In this document: positions 9,362-20,371 of the stretch, piece by piece
How the letters are laid out: every line of letters begins with the position of its first letter
How positions within the stretch are numbered: position 1 is the first letter of the stretch
Source: an uncultured Mycoplasma sp.
GTDB lineage: Bacteria; Bacillota_I; Bacilli_A; RF39; UBA660
Reading direction: 5' to 3'
Length of the DNA: 57,730 nucleotides
Assembly (NCBI GenBank): GCA_946500895.1
Contig: CAMMXG010000005.1
Location: forward strand, 1 to 57,730
Translations under genes and position numbers: made by a program
The notes under the pieces: model-generated
Databases searched by the model: none
The model's input: the letters and a program-made list of their open reading frames with translations, nothing else
What the model was told of the DNA's origin: nothing

Positions 9362-10220
9362 TAATACATTTTTTGCATATCCGATTTTGTGTAATTATAA
9401 TGATGATTATAATAGCATTAAGTTTATTGCTGGAACAACTGGGAAAATGACCAAGACTAATAAAAAAGCAACTGTTGAAACTTATGTGGAAATCGAGGAT
9501 GAAGAAATTAATAAATTATTAAATAGTAAGAAATTAAAAATTGTTACTAAAGTTTTTTGTCCTAGTACAAAATATAGAAAAATATTTGAGATCCAAAGGG
9601 GTTTCGATAAAATTGAAATAAATAATAGAGATATTAATAAAAGAGTAGAGCTTACAACTTATATTATCGCTAGTCAAGATGTTTATAATTATTTTTCTTA
9701 TAATTTTAATGATGATTATAGAGGAATGCAATTTGATATTGAAAAGGGAGCCATTATAGCAATTGGAAAGCAAGAAAGTTTATTTTTTGAAAAAGATATT
9801 GATGATTTAACAAAGATAGATTCTGTAGTAAAAATTAGAGATTTAAGGCAAGAAAATGAACCAATGTCTGTAATGTGGGATGATGAAATTATTAAAATAA
9901 ACCTATCAACATCTGATTATGAACTTTATTGTAGATATTCGGAATATTGTGTTCCAATTGTTAATTCAATGATTGTTATTCCTGGATTGATGTATGTTTT
10001 AGATCAGATTGCTTCTGATCAAATTGATATTAATGATGTAATGGATAAGAAGTGGTATAGAGTTCTTTCTAAAAAAATAAGTGAATCTACTGGTAAAGAA
10101 TTTAATTTGAATTATATTAAAGCAAATGATTCCTTTGAAATTATTCAAAAATTGTTTGATACTCCTATTCACGATGCAATGAAGGAGATTGAGTTAAAAT
10201 ATGGAGGTGAGTTAAGATGA
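9348..10220 (+). CDS. Hypothetical protein coupled to the GHKL ATPase
   Basis: Overlaps both neighbours; YPIL...DDY and CPSTKYR motifs. Confidence 0.7.
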   Translation: MVRNNNTFFAYPILCNYNDDYNSIKFIAGTTGKMTKTNKKATVETYVEIEDEEINKLLNSKKLKIVTKVFCPSTKYRKIFEIQRGFDKIEINNRDINKRVELTTYIIASQDVYNYFSYNFNDDYRGMQFDIEKGAIIAIGKQESLFFEKDIDDLTKIDSVVKIRDLRQENEPMSVMWDDEIIKINLSTSDYELYCRYSEYCVPIVNSMIVIPGLMYVLDQIASDQIDINDVMDKKWYRVLSKKISESTGKEFNLNYIKANDSFEIIQKLFDTPIHDAMKEIELKYGGELR

Positions 10221-10972
10221 TAATTAGATATTTAAAAGAAGACAGCGTTGATTTATTAAAAAAAGTCGATTTAAAATATAATTTAAAGAATTATTCTGGC
10301 GTTAATACTTGGCTTAATATTCAGTATCAAAATCAAGGGATAAATTTGTTTGCTTCTTATGAGAAGAAACTTTTTTCGGATTTTACTTTGAAAACAGAGA
10401 ATGGTGTTGCAGATGATTTTGAAAATATGAAAATAATATATGAGAGTTTAAAAGAATTAACTGATTCACAGGCAAGTGATGAAAGAATTTGGGCTGGTTT
10501 AGCTCATGACTATTGTTGGGAATATATGCAGAAAAGATGGCCCCTTCCTGAGAAAAAAGAAGATATGATGGCACATGTTTTAAATAATTATTTTTTTTGG
10601 AATAGTACTAAAGCTGTTTTTTTGAATGGAATATCACGGTTATGGTGGTATGCAAGGTATACTTATGATGAAAGATTTGAAAATCCTTATATTTTAACAG
10701 AATATATATGTAAAAATGATATAAATGGTAAAATATTTCCGTTACTTGCATGTCGTTTTGCAATGAACCCTGATGTATTTAAAAATATAATATTATCTGT
10801 CAAAATGTTTGAGGAAGAAAATAATATTAAGTTAAGCAGAAAGCAATTTAATGGCCTCAAGATGTATTTAAATAGACTAAGTGGGAAAGTAATTATTGAT
10901 TCTTTGTCATTTGCCGATTTAAAAGATAAGATATATTTAAAATTGAGAAATATAATTAATAGTAAGCAATAG
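10217..10972 (+). CDS. DUF6339-like protein
   Basis: LTDSQASDERIWAGLAH..WEYMQKRW and NGISRLWW motifs. Confidence 0.6.
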   Translation: MIIRYLKEDSVDLLKKVDLKYNLKNYSGVNTWLNIQYQNQGINLFASYEKKLFSDFTLKTENGVADDFENMKIIYESLKELTDSQASDERIWAGLAHDYCWEYMQKRWPLPEKKEDMMAHVLNNYFFWNSTKAVFLNGISRLWWYARYTYDERFENPYILTEYICKNDINGKIFPLLACRFAMNPDVFKNIILSVKMFEEENNIKLSRKQFNGLKMYLNRLSGKVIIDSLSFADLKDKIYLKLRNIINSKQ

Positions 10973-11179
10973 TTAATTTAAAAATATTCTAAGTAGATAT
11001 AAAATTAATTTTAATATTTAACTTTTAATTAGAAACATTGAGTTTAAAATTTAGTGTTTTACTTTTTATTTATATTATTTCATATCTTTTTTCTTAAATA
11101 AGTGCTAGGATTTTATATAATTGATATTCTTTTGTTATTCTGATAAACTTTTAGTAGATGTTAGAAGTCGGGTGAAAAT

Positions 11180-12175
11180 ATGCTTGAGAGAGAAATAATT
11201 AAAAGAGGAAAAATAGATTTTAGTAAACTTATTCATTATGGATTTATTAAAGAACAGGGAAGTTATCATTATTCTAAAAAGTTTATGAAAAATTTTAGAG
11301 CAGATATTGCGATTGATTTAGATGGTAATGTTTCAGGTAGGGTTTATGATTTAAAAACTAATTTGGAATATACTAATTTTAGAATTGAAGATTTAAGTGG
11401 ATTTGCTCATCAAGTAAGAGAAGAGTATATTTTGATATTGAAAGATATTGCCAAAAATGCATTAGATACAAATTATTTTATTTATGATCAAGCAAATCGT
11501 ATTACGAATTTAATTATAGAAAAATATAAAGTTTATCCTGAATTTTTATGGGATAAGCATCCTGGGTATGGAATATTTAGAAATAGTAGAAGTAATAAAT
11601 GGTTTGGAGCTATCTTAAATGTGGATAAAAGTAAGATTATTCACAATTTAACTGGTGAAGTAGAAATTATTGATCTTAAGTTGGATGATAAAGTATCTGA
11701 TTATATTAATCATGATGGAGTTTATCCGGCTTATCATATGAATAAGAATGCTTGGGTTTCTATTATTTTAGATGATACTTTAAGTGATGAAGAAATAATG
11801 AAGCTTGTTGATATTAGTTATGAATTAGCTAATTTATCTGGTTCTTGGATTATTCCGGCTAATCCTAAATATTATGATGTGATTGATGCTTTTTCTAAAA
11901 GTGATGTTATTATGTGGCATCAGGATATTAAAGTAATAGCTGGAGATTTTGTATATATTTACTTAACGAAACCTTATCAAGCTATCCTTTTTCAATGTGA
12001 AGTGATTGAAGCAAATATCCCTGATGTAAATCATACTCTTTCGATGAAATTAAAGTTATTAAAAAAATATGATGTAAAGGAATTTCCGATTAGTAAGTTA
12101 AATTTGTATGGATTTAAATCAGTTCGTAGTGCTAGAAGTATTCCTAAAGAGTTAGCAGAGGAGTTAAAAAAATGA
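11180..12175 (+). CDS. MmcQ/YjbR-family protein with C-terminal EVE/PUA-like domain
   Basis: KWFG...PAYHMNKNAWVSIILD (YjbR); WIIPANPKYYD...GDFVYIY. Confidence 0.75.
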   Translation: MLEREIIKRGKIDFSKLIHYGFIKEQGSYHYSKKFMKNFRADIAIDLDGNVSGRVYDLKTNLEYTNFRIEDLSGFAHQVREEYILILKDIAKNALDTNYFIYDQANRITNLIIEKYKVYPEFLWDKHPGYGIFRNSRSNKWFGAILNVDKSKIIHNLTGEVEIIDLKLDDKVSDYINHDGVYPAYHMNKNAWVSIILDDTLSDEEIMKLVDISYELANLSGSWIIPANPKYYDVIDAFSKSDVIMWHQDIKVIAGDFVYIYLTKPYQAILFQCEVIEANIPDVNHTLSMKLKLLKKYDVKEFPISKLNLYGFKSVRSARSIPKELAEELKK

Positions 12176-12885
12176 TTTGGAATCCATGGCATGGTTGTCA
12201 TAAAAAAAGTCCGGGGTGTCTTAATTGTTATATGTTTCGGAGAGATGCTAAATATGATTTAGATAGTAATATTGTTCGAAAGACTAAAACGTTTGATATG
12301 ATTATTAAAAAGCATAGAGATGGAACATACGTAGTAAAAGATGATCTTGTTTATATTTGTATGACTTCTGATTTTTTTATTGAAGAAGCAGATTTATGGC
12401 GTAAAGAAATTTGGCAAATGATTAAAGAAAGAAGCGATTTAAACTTTTATATTATTACGAAAAGAATTGAGAGATTTTCAGTTTCCTTACCTGATGATTG
12501 GGGGTTGGGATATCCTAATGTAACAATATGTGTTACTTGTGAAAATCAAACAATGGCGGATGAGAGAATTCCTATTTTGCTTTCTTTACCTATCAAACAT
12601 AAAGAGATTATTCATGAGCCAATGTTAGAGGAAATTCATATTGAAAAGTATTTAGAAACTGGTTTGATAGAACATGTTACTTGTGGTGGAGAGTCTGGTG
12701 ATCATGCTAGAAAGTGTAATTATGATTGGATTTTAAATATGAGAAATGCGTGTATCAAATATCATGTTCCATTTACTTTTAAACAAACAGGTGCTAATTT
12801 TGTTAAGAATAATAAATTGTATCACATTCCTAGAAGTGAACAATTAAAGCAGGCTAGAAAAGCTAATATTGATTTATTTTATTAA
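12172..12885 (+). CDS. DUF5131 (phage Gp37/Gp68-like, radical-SAM-like) protein
   Basis: WNPWHGCHKKSPGCLNCY, GGESG, FTFKQTG. Confidence 0.85.
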   Translation: MIWNPWHGCHKKSPGCLNCYMFRRDAKYDLDSNIVRKTKTFDMIIKKHRDGTYVVKDDLVYICMTSDFFIEEADLWRKEIWQMIKERSDLNFYIITKRIERFSVSLPDDWGLGYPNVTICVTCENQTMADERIPILLSLPIKHKEIIHEPMLEEIHIEKYLETGLIEHVTCGGESGDHARKCNYDWILNMRNACIKYHVPFTFKQTGANFVKNNKLYHIPRSEQLKQARKANIDLFY

Positions 12886-12919
12886 TTATTTTATGTTATA
12901 ATTTAAGAGGAGGATTTTT

Positions 12920-13339
12920 ATGGAATATAGACGTTTTAATAATACGATTGTAGCTAGAATTGATAGAGGAGAAGAGATACTTGCGCAAATTAAAGAACTT
13001 GCTTTAAAAGAAAATATTAAGCTTGCTCATATTAGTGCCTTGGGTGCAACAAACAATTTTACTGTTGGCGTATATAAAGTGGAGGAGAAAAAATATTATA
13101 AAAATCATTTTGTTGGTGATTTTGAAATTGTTTCATTAAGCGGTACGATTAATACGATGAATCATGAATTTTATATGCATATTCATATGAGTGCTGGTAA
13201 TGATTCAGGTGAAGTTTTTGGTGGCCATTTAAATGAAGCTATTGTTAGTGCAACATGTGAAATGGTTATTACTATTATAGATGGGGAAGTAGATCGCTTT
13301 TTAGATGATGAAACCGGATTAAATTTATTTTTGTTTTAA
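12920..13339 (+). CDS. PPC/DUF296 domain protein
   Basis: EIVSLSGTI...HIHMS...VFGGHL. Confidence 0.85.
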   Translation: MEYRRFNNTIVARIDRGEEILAQIKELALKENIKLAHISALGATNNFTVGVYKVEEKKYYKNHFVGDFEIVSLSGTINTMNHEFYMHIHMSAGNDSGEVFGGHLNEAIVSATCEMVITIIDGEVDRFLDDETGLNLFLF

Positions 13340-13396
13340 AAGAGAATTTACATCTCTTTTTTCTTCTGTTATAATGATTTTAAGGAGTGAAGGTTT

Positions 13397-14167
13397 ATGA
13401 AAAAATGGAAAATTTATGGAATTATTATTACAGTGGTATTGGTATTAGTTTTAATAGGATTATGCTTATATTTCTTTGTGTTTAGGGAGTCTATTACTGA
13501 GGCCGAAGCACAAAATATTGCTTATGAATATGCGGGAGTAAGTGCTAGCAATGTTACCATTCTTTCTATTCAAAAAGATAGAGAAGATAGAGAATATGAA
13601 ATTCGTTTTTATGATGATATGTATGAATATGAAATTGATGTAAATTATAATAGTGGTAGAGTTATTAATTTTGAAAAGGATCTCCGAGATAATGTTGATG
13701 CTAATCAAGGTGGTAATACTACTGTATCAATGAGTGAAGATGAGGCTAGAAGTATTGCGTTACAAAGAGTAGGTAAAACTCAAGATGAAGTGACTTTTAC
13801 AAGAGTTAGAGTTGATAGAGAAAATGGTGTTACTGTTTATGATGTTTATTTTTATGATAATGAAAAAGAATATGAGCTTAGTATTGATGTAGATACCAAA
13901 GAAGTTATAAGTTATAAGGAAGATTATTTAACTGGTAATGGTAATAATACAACTTCTACTAATTATATTGGAGCTGATAAGGCAAGAGAAATTGTTTTAA
14001 ATCATGCTGGACTAACTAGCAATGATGTTAGATTTAATAAGGTTGAATTAGATGTAGATTATGGGATTGCTACTTATGAATTAGAGTTTTATTATAATTA
14101 TTATGAATATGATTATGAAGTAGATGCCGTTACGGGAGAAATCTTAAAGTATGATAAAGGGAGATAA
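13397..14167 (+). CDS. Membrane-anchored PepSY-repeat protein
   Basis: N-terminal TM helix; three EA..IA...YE..F...YEY.ID..TG.I repeats. Confidence 0.85.
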   Translation: MKKWKIYGIIITVVLVLVLIGLCLYFFVFRESITEAEAQNIAYEYAGVSASNVTILSIQKDREDREYEIRFYDDMYEYEIDVNYNSGRVINFEKDLRDNVDANQGGNTTVSMSEDEARSIALQRVGKTQDEVTFTRVRVDRENGVTVYDVYFYDNEKEYELSIDVDTKEVISYKEDYLTGNGNNTTSTNYIGADKAREIVLNHAGLTSNDVRFNKVELDVDYGIATYELEFYYNYYEYDYEVDAVTGEILKYDKGR

Positions 14168-14395
14168 TGAAAAGACTCTTTTAAACCATCTAAACCGGTT
14201 TCTTTTATTTGTTTTATTGGAGGATTTTGTTTAAGTTTATTTGGCTTTATTTATGCTATACCTAATCTTGGGGTATTTGGTATTGTGTGGACTATTTTAG
14301 CTGTGCTAGTTACTTTGTATTATGCTATTAATTTGTTTACGAAAAAAGGATTATCATTATATAAAATTGAAGTGGAAGAGAAGAAGACTAAATAA
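14167..14395 (+). pseudogene. Small membrane protein with a +1 frameshift near its start (absent from ORF track)
   Basis: ATG overlaps the PepSY stop. Removing one T from CTCTTTTAAA gives MKRLFKPSKPVSFICFIGGFCLSLFGFIYAIPNLGVFGIVWTILAVLVTLYYAINLFTKKG... Confidence 0.55.
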
Positions 14396-14423
14396 AAACA
14401 AGTCTTTTTTCATATGATTTAAT

Positions 14424-15029
14424 ATGAAAAAGATTGGTATTGTTATTCGTGATTTTAAGGAAAATTCAAAAGAATTTGTTGGATGTCGCAAAGATGTTGT
14501 AGATGCATTTTCAAAATGTCCAGTAGAAATTATTTTAATTCCTGTCTATTTGGATTTTAATAAAGTTTTATACTTGGTTAATTTATGTGATGGTGTTGTT
14601 TTAACTGGTGGAGATCATTTTCTATCAAATGATTTTTTATTAGTAAATTATTTATATCAACGTAATATTCCAACCCTTGGTATTTGTCTTGGTATGCAAG
14701 CAATGGCACTTAGTTTTGGAAGTGGAGAAGAAATAGATGTTTCTTCGTTCCATAATAAAAAAAATAATGATACTCATCATATCATTATAAAAGAAAATAC
14801 TTTGCTTTCAGAGATTATTCATGAAAAGTGTGTTTTAGTTAATAGTAGACATAAAACAGGAATATCTGATACTAGTTTAGATGTAAGTGCTAAATCGGAA
14901 GATGGAGTCATAGAAGCAGTGGAAGATAAACAAAAACGTTTTTTTTTAGGTGTAGAGTGGCATCCTGAATCTTTTATAAATAAAAATAGTGATTTAATAT
15001 TTGAGGCATTTATTAAATCACTTTATTAA
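14424..15029 (+). CDS. Peptidase C26 / gamma-glutamyl hydrolase family (class I GATase)
   Basis: LTGG, LGICLGMQ, VNSRH, GVEWHPE. Confidence 0.85.
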   Translation: MKKIGIVIRDFKENSKEFVGCRKDVVDAFSKCPVEIILIPVYLDFNKVLYLVNLCDGVVLTGGDHFLSNDFLLVNYLYQRNIPTLGICLGMQAMALSFGSGEEIDVSSFHNKKNNDTHHIIIKENTLLSEIIHEKCVLVNSRHKTGISDTSLDVSAKSEDGVIEAVEDKQKRFFLGVEWHPESFINKNSDLIFEAFIKSLY

Positions 15030-15962
15030 TAAGTTTATTAATTCTTGTTTTTCTGATTCATTTATAAAAGCACACTCAATGGCATTTTTATTCATTATAA
15101 TCAAATCTTCATCCGTAAACTTAAAAGTAACTTTTAAATCTTTATAAGTTTCATTTAAAGTAATATTAGATACTGTTCTATTATCTGTGTTTAATGTTAC
15201 TTTAATTCCCTTATCAAATAATTTTTTGATAGGGTGTTCTTTTAGTTTGGTATACATGTTGGTATCTAAATTACTTTTTGGACATACTTCTAGGGTTATG
15301 TCTTTTTCTTTGATTAAATTTAGGGCTTCATCACTTTCTATCGCACGTACGCCATGACCAATTCTTTTGGCTCCTAAATTAATCGCATTTATGACACTTA
15401 GAGCACCATCTGCTTCACCAGCATGAATGGTAAAAGGGATACCTTCTTTTTTTGCTATATCAAATAGTTCTTTGTAATCATTAACAGGATAAGCAGCTTC
15501 ATTGCCGGCTAGATCAATTCCCACTACACCTTGGCCTAAATATTTTTTAGCATATTTAATAATTTCTAAATTTTTACCAAATGAATCGCCACGCATCATA
15601 CATAATATTAAATTGGTTTTAATTGGTACTTCTCTTAATCCTTTTAGTATAGAGGTAATTACTTCATCTAACGTTAGTCCACTTTCTAAATGCTTATTTG
15701 GAGCAAAACGTATTTCAGCATAAATGACATTGTCTTTTTGTAGGTCTTCAGCAAGCTCTTTTGATACTCTTATCAAATTTTCTTTAGTTTGCATGATTTT
15801 TAAAGGAATATCAAATTTATCTAGATATTCCTTTAATGAATTTGTTTTTTGAGAAACAGTTGAAAGTTTTCTTGCTTCTTCTAAACTAATATTTAATAAC
15901 TCACTAATTGTAGTTGGTCTAATGCTTCCATCTAAATGAAGATGCAATTCAATTTTTTTCAT
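15018..15962 (-). CDS. add: Adenosine deaminase
   Basis: ELHLHLDGS, TIHAGE, RIGHG, LEVCPKSN, NTDN. Confidence 0.9.
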   Translation of the reverse strand: MKKIELHLHLDGSIRPTTISELLNISLEEARKLSTVSQKTNSLKEYLDKFDIPLKIMQTKENLIRVSKELAEDLQKDNVIYAEIRFAPNKHLESGLTLDEVITSILKGLREVPIKTNLILCMMRGDSFGKNLEIIKYAKKYLGQGVVGIDLAGNEAAYPVNDYKELFDIAKKEGIPFTIHAGEADGALSVINAINLGAKRIGHGVRAIESDEALNLIKEKDITLEVCPKSNLDTNMYTKLKEHPIKKLFDKGIKVTLNTDNRTVSNITLNETYKDLKVTFKFTDEDLIIMNKNAIECAFINESEKQELINLLIK

Positions 15963-16702
15963 ATGTTATCTCTTTCGTAAAAGTTTTTAATAGAAGTAAG
16001 TACTCTTTGGATGTTATCTTCTGTGAATGGTTTATTTAAGACATCAAGTACACCATAGTTAAATGCTTTCTTGATGGTTTCTTCAGTATCGTCACCAGTT
16101 ATAATAACAACAGGAATTTTATCCATTAGATTTTGTTCTCGTAAATAGTCAAGTACTTCAAAGCCATTTAGACTTGGCATGTTTAAATCAAGAAGAATGG
16201 CATATAAATTATTATTTTCAATAATATCGATTGCTTCACGTCCATTTCTTGCTTTTAAAATATTAAATTCGTCTTGAATATTTTTTTCAAGGAAATTTAA
16301 GATGATATTAGAATCATCAGCGATTAATATTAATTTTTTTTCATCATCACTAAAATATTTGTCTAATAAATTTATTATTTTATTTACAGTATTAACTAAA
16401 TTTTGATAATTGTTTTCAATATAACCTAAATCATTTTCTTTTCCTTTTAATTCATGAGCTAAGAAAACTTCAGCTTCATTCATAAAGCCTAAATATTTTG
16501 CTTCACTTTTCATACTGTGAGCTAGAATAGCATAATTAGCACAATCTTTGGCATTTTTATAATATTCTAAACTGCTTAATTTCTCTTTTAAGGAGTCTTT
16601 AAAATCTTTTAAATTTTCATTGTAAGAATCCATATCTCCCCAAAATTCTAAACTTCCTTTTACATCTACGTTATTATTAACTAATAAGTCTACCTTTTCC
16701 AT
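15959..16702 (-). CDS. Hpt + receiver domain response regulator
   Basis: AHSMKSEA Hpt motif; ILIADD, LLDLNMP, KPF. Confidence 0.85.
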   Translation of the reverse strand: MEKVDLLVNNNVDVKGSLEFWGDMDSYNENLKDFKDSLKEKLSSLEYYKNAKDCANYAILAHSMKSEAKYLGFMNEAEVFLAHELKGKENDLGYIENNYQNLVNTVNKIINLLDKYFSDDEKKLILIADDSNIILNFLEKNIQDEFNILKARNGREAIDIIENNNLYAILLDLNMPSLNGFEVLDYLREQNLMDKIPVVIITGDDTEETIKKAFNYGVLDVLNKPFTEDNIQRVLTSIKNFYERDNI

Positions 16703-16705
16703 ACA

Positions 16706-18526
16706 CTATTTACCTCCCAAATACTTATTAATAACTTTATTTAGTAGTTTTCTATCAATTGGTTTTGATAGGTAACTATTAAATCCAACACTTAAATATT
16801 TTTCATCTGTTCCTTCAATCGCATCAGCGGTTAAGGCAATAACAGGTGTTGTAAAATCTTCATGTTCTCTTAATTTGTAAAGAGTTTCAACACCGTTCAT
16901 TTTTGGCATCATAATATCCATAAAGATTAGATCATAATGTTTGTCATTAACTTTTTCGAGAGCTTCGAAGCCACTTATAGCAGTGTCTACTTCAAAGTTG
17001 TAAGGTTTCATAAGAGTTTCGGCTACTTTTAGATTGATTTTAGAATCATCTACAATTAATATTTTTTTATCGTTATATTGTGTATAATTAATTTCTTCTT
17101 CTTCGTTTTCGTTAGTTTCTGGTACTTCCATACTTACAATTTCTTGTTCTAAATAAACTCGGAATGTTGAACCTTCACCATATTTAGAGAAAACAGTAAT
17201 TCTTCCACCCATTAAATCGACAAGACCCTTTGTAATAGCAAGCCCTAATCCGGTTCCTTCTGTCGTTGTATTTTTATCTTCATCCACACGTTCAAATTTT
17301 CCAAATATCGTTTCTAGCTTTTCTTTTTTTATACCGTGACCAGTGTCTTTTACAGAGATGTACATTAAACAAGTTTTAGTATCTAGGCGGTTGATGCAAT
17401 TAACATTAAAGATTATTTCACCTTTATCAGTATATTTGGCAGCGTTGGTCAAGATATTTAAAATTACTTGTTTTACTTTGGAAACGTCACCACGTAATAT
17501 TCCAGGTAAGTCTGGAGAGAATACCATTTTAAATTCTATTGGTTTTTCTTTTATTCTTGGTAAAACTAATTTTCTTAGACCATCAAATATTTCTCTTGGA
17601 TTGTAATTTTTTGGTATAATTTCCACTTTGTTTGCTTCAATTTTAGAGATATCGAGAATACCATTTACGATTTCTAGAAGTTGTTTAGATGCATCAACAA
17701 TATCTCCGGCATATTCTTTCGTTTCTTTTAAATCATTTGAATCAAGCATACATTCACTAAATCCAACAATGGCATTTAATGGTGTTCTTATTTCATGAGA
17801 CATATTGGATAAGAAATCAGTTTTTGCCCGGTTGGCTTTTTCTGCTTGATCTTTTGCTGCATTTAATTCCTTAATCATTTGTACGTCTGGATTTTCAATT
17901 GTATGATACATAATAAATATGATTATTGATTGGAAGAAAATCATTAAAGTTAATTTTGGATTTATTTGTTGAATTATAATTACTAAAGTTCCAAAGATAA
18001 TATAAGCAAGTAGGGGAATATATTGTTTATTTACTATTTTTTTGATATTTTTAATTAGACAGTATAACATAATTATAATGAATAAGAAGGAAAAGGCATA
18101 ATTAATGTTTACGCTTAATCCATATGAATAAGTACTTGTTCCATCACTATATATATTAATTGGACAAACAAAGATGATTAAACCTATTATGATAGCAAAA
18201 ATCTTTGTAATTGTATTAAAATGCTTTCTTTTTTCTAAATCAAAGGAAATGGAAATGACATAGTAAGTAAAACTAAGTCCCCATAAAAAGTAAAATACAA
18301 TATATAATCTTGCAATAAATTGATTAATTAAAGAATTTAAGTCAAATATTTGAAAAGCAAAGAAACCATAAATATCGATACATAATCCAAAAATCGTTAA
18401 TAATAACATTTTTGAAAACAATTGTAATTGCATACTTTTAATGTTTTCTTTTGACTTAAATACAATAAATACAATTAATAAGAATAACAAACTTGCAATA
18501 GAAAGAGCAACGCTAAAATATCCCAC
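16706..18526 (-). CDS. Membrane hybrid sensor histidine kinase
   Basis: N-terminal TM helices; SHEIRTPLN, NAAKYT, DTGHG, GTGLGL; C-terminal receiver domain. Confidence 0.92.
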   Translation of the reverse strand: MGYFSVALSIASLLFLLIVFIVFKSKENIKSMQLQLFSKMLLLTIFGLCIDIYGFFAFQIFDLNSLINQFIARLYIVFYFLWGLSFTYYVISISFDLEKRKHFNTITKIFAIIIGLIIFVCPINIYSDGTSTYSYGLSVNINYAFSFLFIIIMLYCLIKNIKKIVNKQYIPLLAYIIFGTLVIIIQQINPKLTLMIFFQSIIIFIMYHTIENPDVQMIKELNAAKDQAEKANRAKTDFLSNMSHEIRTPLNAIVGFSECMLDSNDLKETKEYAGDIVDASKQLLEIVNGILDISKIEANKVEIIPKNYNPREIFDGLRKLVLPRIKEKPIEFKMVFSPDLPGILRGDVSKVKQVILNILTNAAKYTDKGEIIFNVNCINRLDTKTCLMYISVKDTGHGIKKEKLETIFGKFERVDEDKNTTTEGTGLGLAITKGLVDLMGGRITVFSKYGEGSTFRVYLEQEIVSMEVPETNENEEEEINYTQYNDKKILIVDDSKINLKVAETLMKPYNFEVDTAISGFEALEKVNDKHYDLIFMDIMMPKMNGVETLYKLREHEDFTTPVIALTADAIEGTDEKYLSVGFNSYLSKPIDRKLLNKVINKYLGGK

Positions 18527-18544
18527 AATATCACCGCCTATAAA

Positions 18545-20371
18545 TTATTTTTTTCTTTGTAAACTTATACCATTTGATTCTACTTTAGAATAATCTAAAT
18601 GATAATCTTCGATTAATTGTCTATTTACTACTTTACCTCCAATATTTCTTGGAATAACATTTGTGAATATCCATTCGTATGGTATAGACATTTCATCTAA
18701 ATTATTATAACATATATCTTTTAATATTTCTTTAATTTTTTCTTCTTGTCCTACATATTCAGGTTTTAACACAACAAAAGCTACAGGGACTTCTTGTTCT
18801 GAATTATGAGGTACTCCAAGAACATGTGATTCAGCAACATAAGGTTGACTATTTAAAAACTCTGCTATTTTATTAGGATGAACATTAAATCCACATCTCA
18901 TGAAAGTATCTGAAATACGTTCTGCAAAGTAAAAGTGTCCGGTTTCATCACAATAACCTAAGTCTTTTGTATGTAACCAAATTTTTCCATCACGATGTGT
19001 GATTAAAGCTTTTTTGGTTTCTTCTTCATTATTAAGATATCTTTGCATAATAGTAGGTGCACTTACACATATTTCTCCTATTTCATTATATTTTAGTTCT
19101 TCATCAGTTCCAGGTTTAAAAATACCCATGGTAGTAAGTGGTAAAGGTGTACCAATACTTCCAAATTTATATTCTCCTTTTGGACCAGTTGCACCACCTA
19201 AACATTCAGTAGTACCGTATCCTTGTTTTACATATATTCTATCTTTATTTAATTTTTTCTCAACATCAGTAGGTAATTTTGCTCCACCAGAAATGGCGTT
19301 TTTCATTGGCTCGAGTTTTCCACTATTAAATAAATCGCTTCTACTCATATATATAAAATGAACTGGACCACCTGTAAATTGGGCTGGTTTAATTTTATCG
19401 ATGACTTCTGCTATTTTGTCTGTTACTAAATTAGGTATCATGACAGCTTGAGTGCCTAAGATTCCCTCGTAATGCATTACTGAAAAGCCATAAGAAATTG
19501 ATTGAATTAAAATGTCTAGGATTTTGTCTCCTTTTTCATAATCAATATCTGCGAGTAAATGTTGAAAAGCTTGAGAATTAATATTCTCATTGGTAAATAT
19601 TGCCCCTTTAGGAACTCCGGTTGTTCCACTTGTACCAATAATTGCAGCAGTACTGTTTTCTTTATAAAAAGGTTCTTCAACTTTTCGATTCTTTCCAGTC
19701 TTTATAAATTCATCCCATGTAATTATATTAGAATTATAACTTATTCCATAGTCTTTAAACGGAGCAGGTTCACCTTTTAGTTTTGCAGCAGTATTGGCTA
19801 TCTTTTTTAAATAATTTGGAATTAATCCTGTTCCATCTGTTATAATAACACATTTTACACCACAGTTGTTGAAAATATCTTTGTATTTTTCGTAAAAGCC
19901 ACTAAATATTACAACTTTATCTATATCGTTTTCAATTAGTATTTTTTCTAGTTCTTTGCTTGGAAGACTTGGTATGATAGGATAAGATACTCCACCTAGG
20001 TAATTTAGGCCATAAATTGAACATCTAGATTCAGGGATGTTTGGTAATATAATAGGAATGATTTCTTCTTTTTTCGTTCCTATACCATCAAAAGAGTTGG
20101 CAAGTTTTCGACATTCTTCTAAATAAGTTTTATAGCTTATTTTTAATCCACCTTCTAAATTGTTACCAGGTATCCACATTGCAGTAGAATCAATATTTTC
20201 TTTAGAATATTTTTCAAGCATTTGATAAATACTCATGTTAATATCAATATTGTTTGGATCAATTTTTTTGTAAATATTCATCCAGGGTTTATCAACACTA
20301 GCATACCCCGTTAATATACTTTTCACTTGTTTTAAATGATCTTTTTCAAGATTCATTTGATCGATATCCAT
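18545..20371 (-). CDS. Class I adenylate-forming enzyme (acyl-CoA ligase-like)
   Basis: TSGTTGVPKG, QGYGTTE, LHTKDLG. Confidence 0.85.
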   Translation of the reverse strand: MDIDQMNLEKDHLKQVKSILTGYASVDKPWMNIYKKIDPNNIDINMSIYQMLEKYSKENIDSTAMWIPGNNLEGGLKISYKTYLEECRKLANSFDGIGTKKEEIIPIILPNIPESRCSIYGLNYLGGVSYPIIPSLPSKELEKILIENDIDKVVIFSGFYEKYKDIFNNCGVKCVIITDGTGLIPNYLKKIANTAAKLKGEPAPFKDYGISYNSNIITWDEFIKTGKNRKVEEPFYKENSTAAIIGTSGTTGVPKGAIFTNENINSQAFQHLLADIDYEKGDKILDILIQSISYGFSVMHYEGILGTQAVMIPNLVTDKIAEVIDKIKPAQFTGGPVHFIYMSRSDLFNSGKLEPMKNAISGGAKLPTDVEKKLNKDRIYVKQGYGTTECLGGATGPKGEYKFGSIGTPLPLTTMGIFKPGTDEELKYNEIGEICVSAPTIMQRYLNNEEETKKALITHRDGKIWLHTKDLGYCDETGHFYFAERISDTFMRCGFNVHPNKIAEFLNSQPYVAESHVLGVPHNSEQEVPVAFVVLKPEYVGQEEKIKEILKDICYNNLDEMSIPYEWIFTNVIPRNIGGKVVNRQLIEDYHLDYSKVESNGISLQRKK

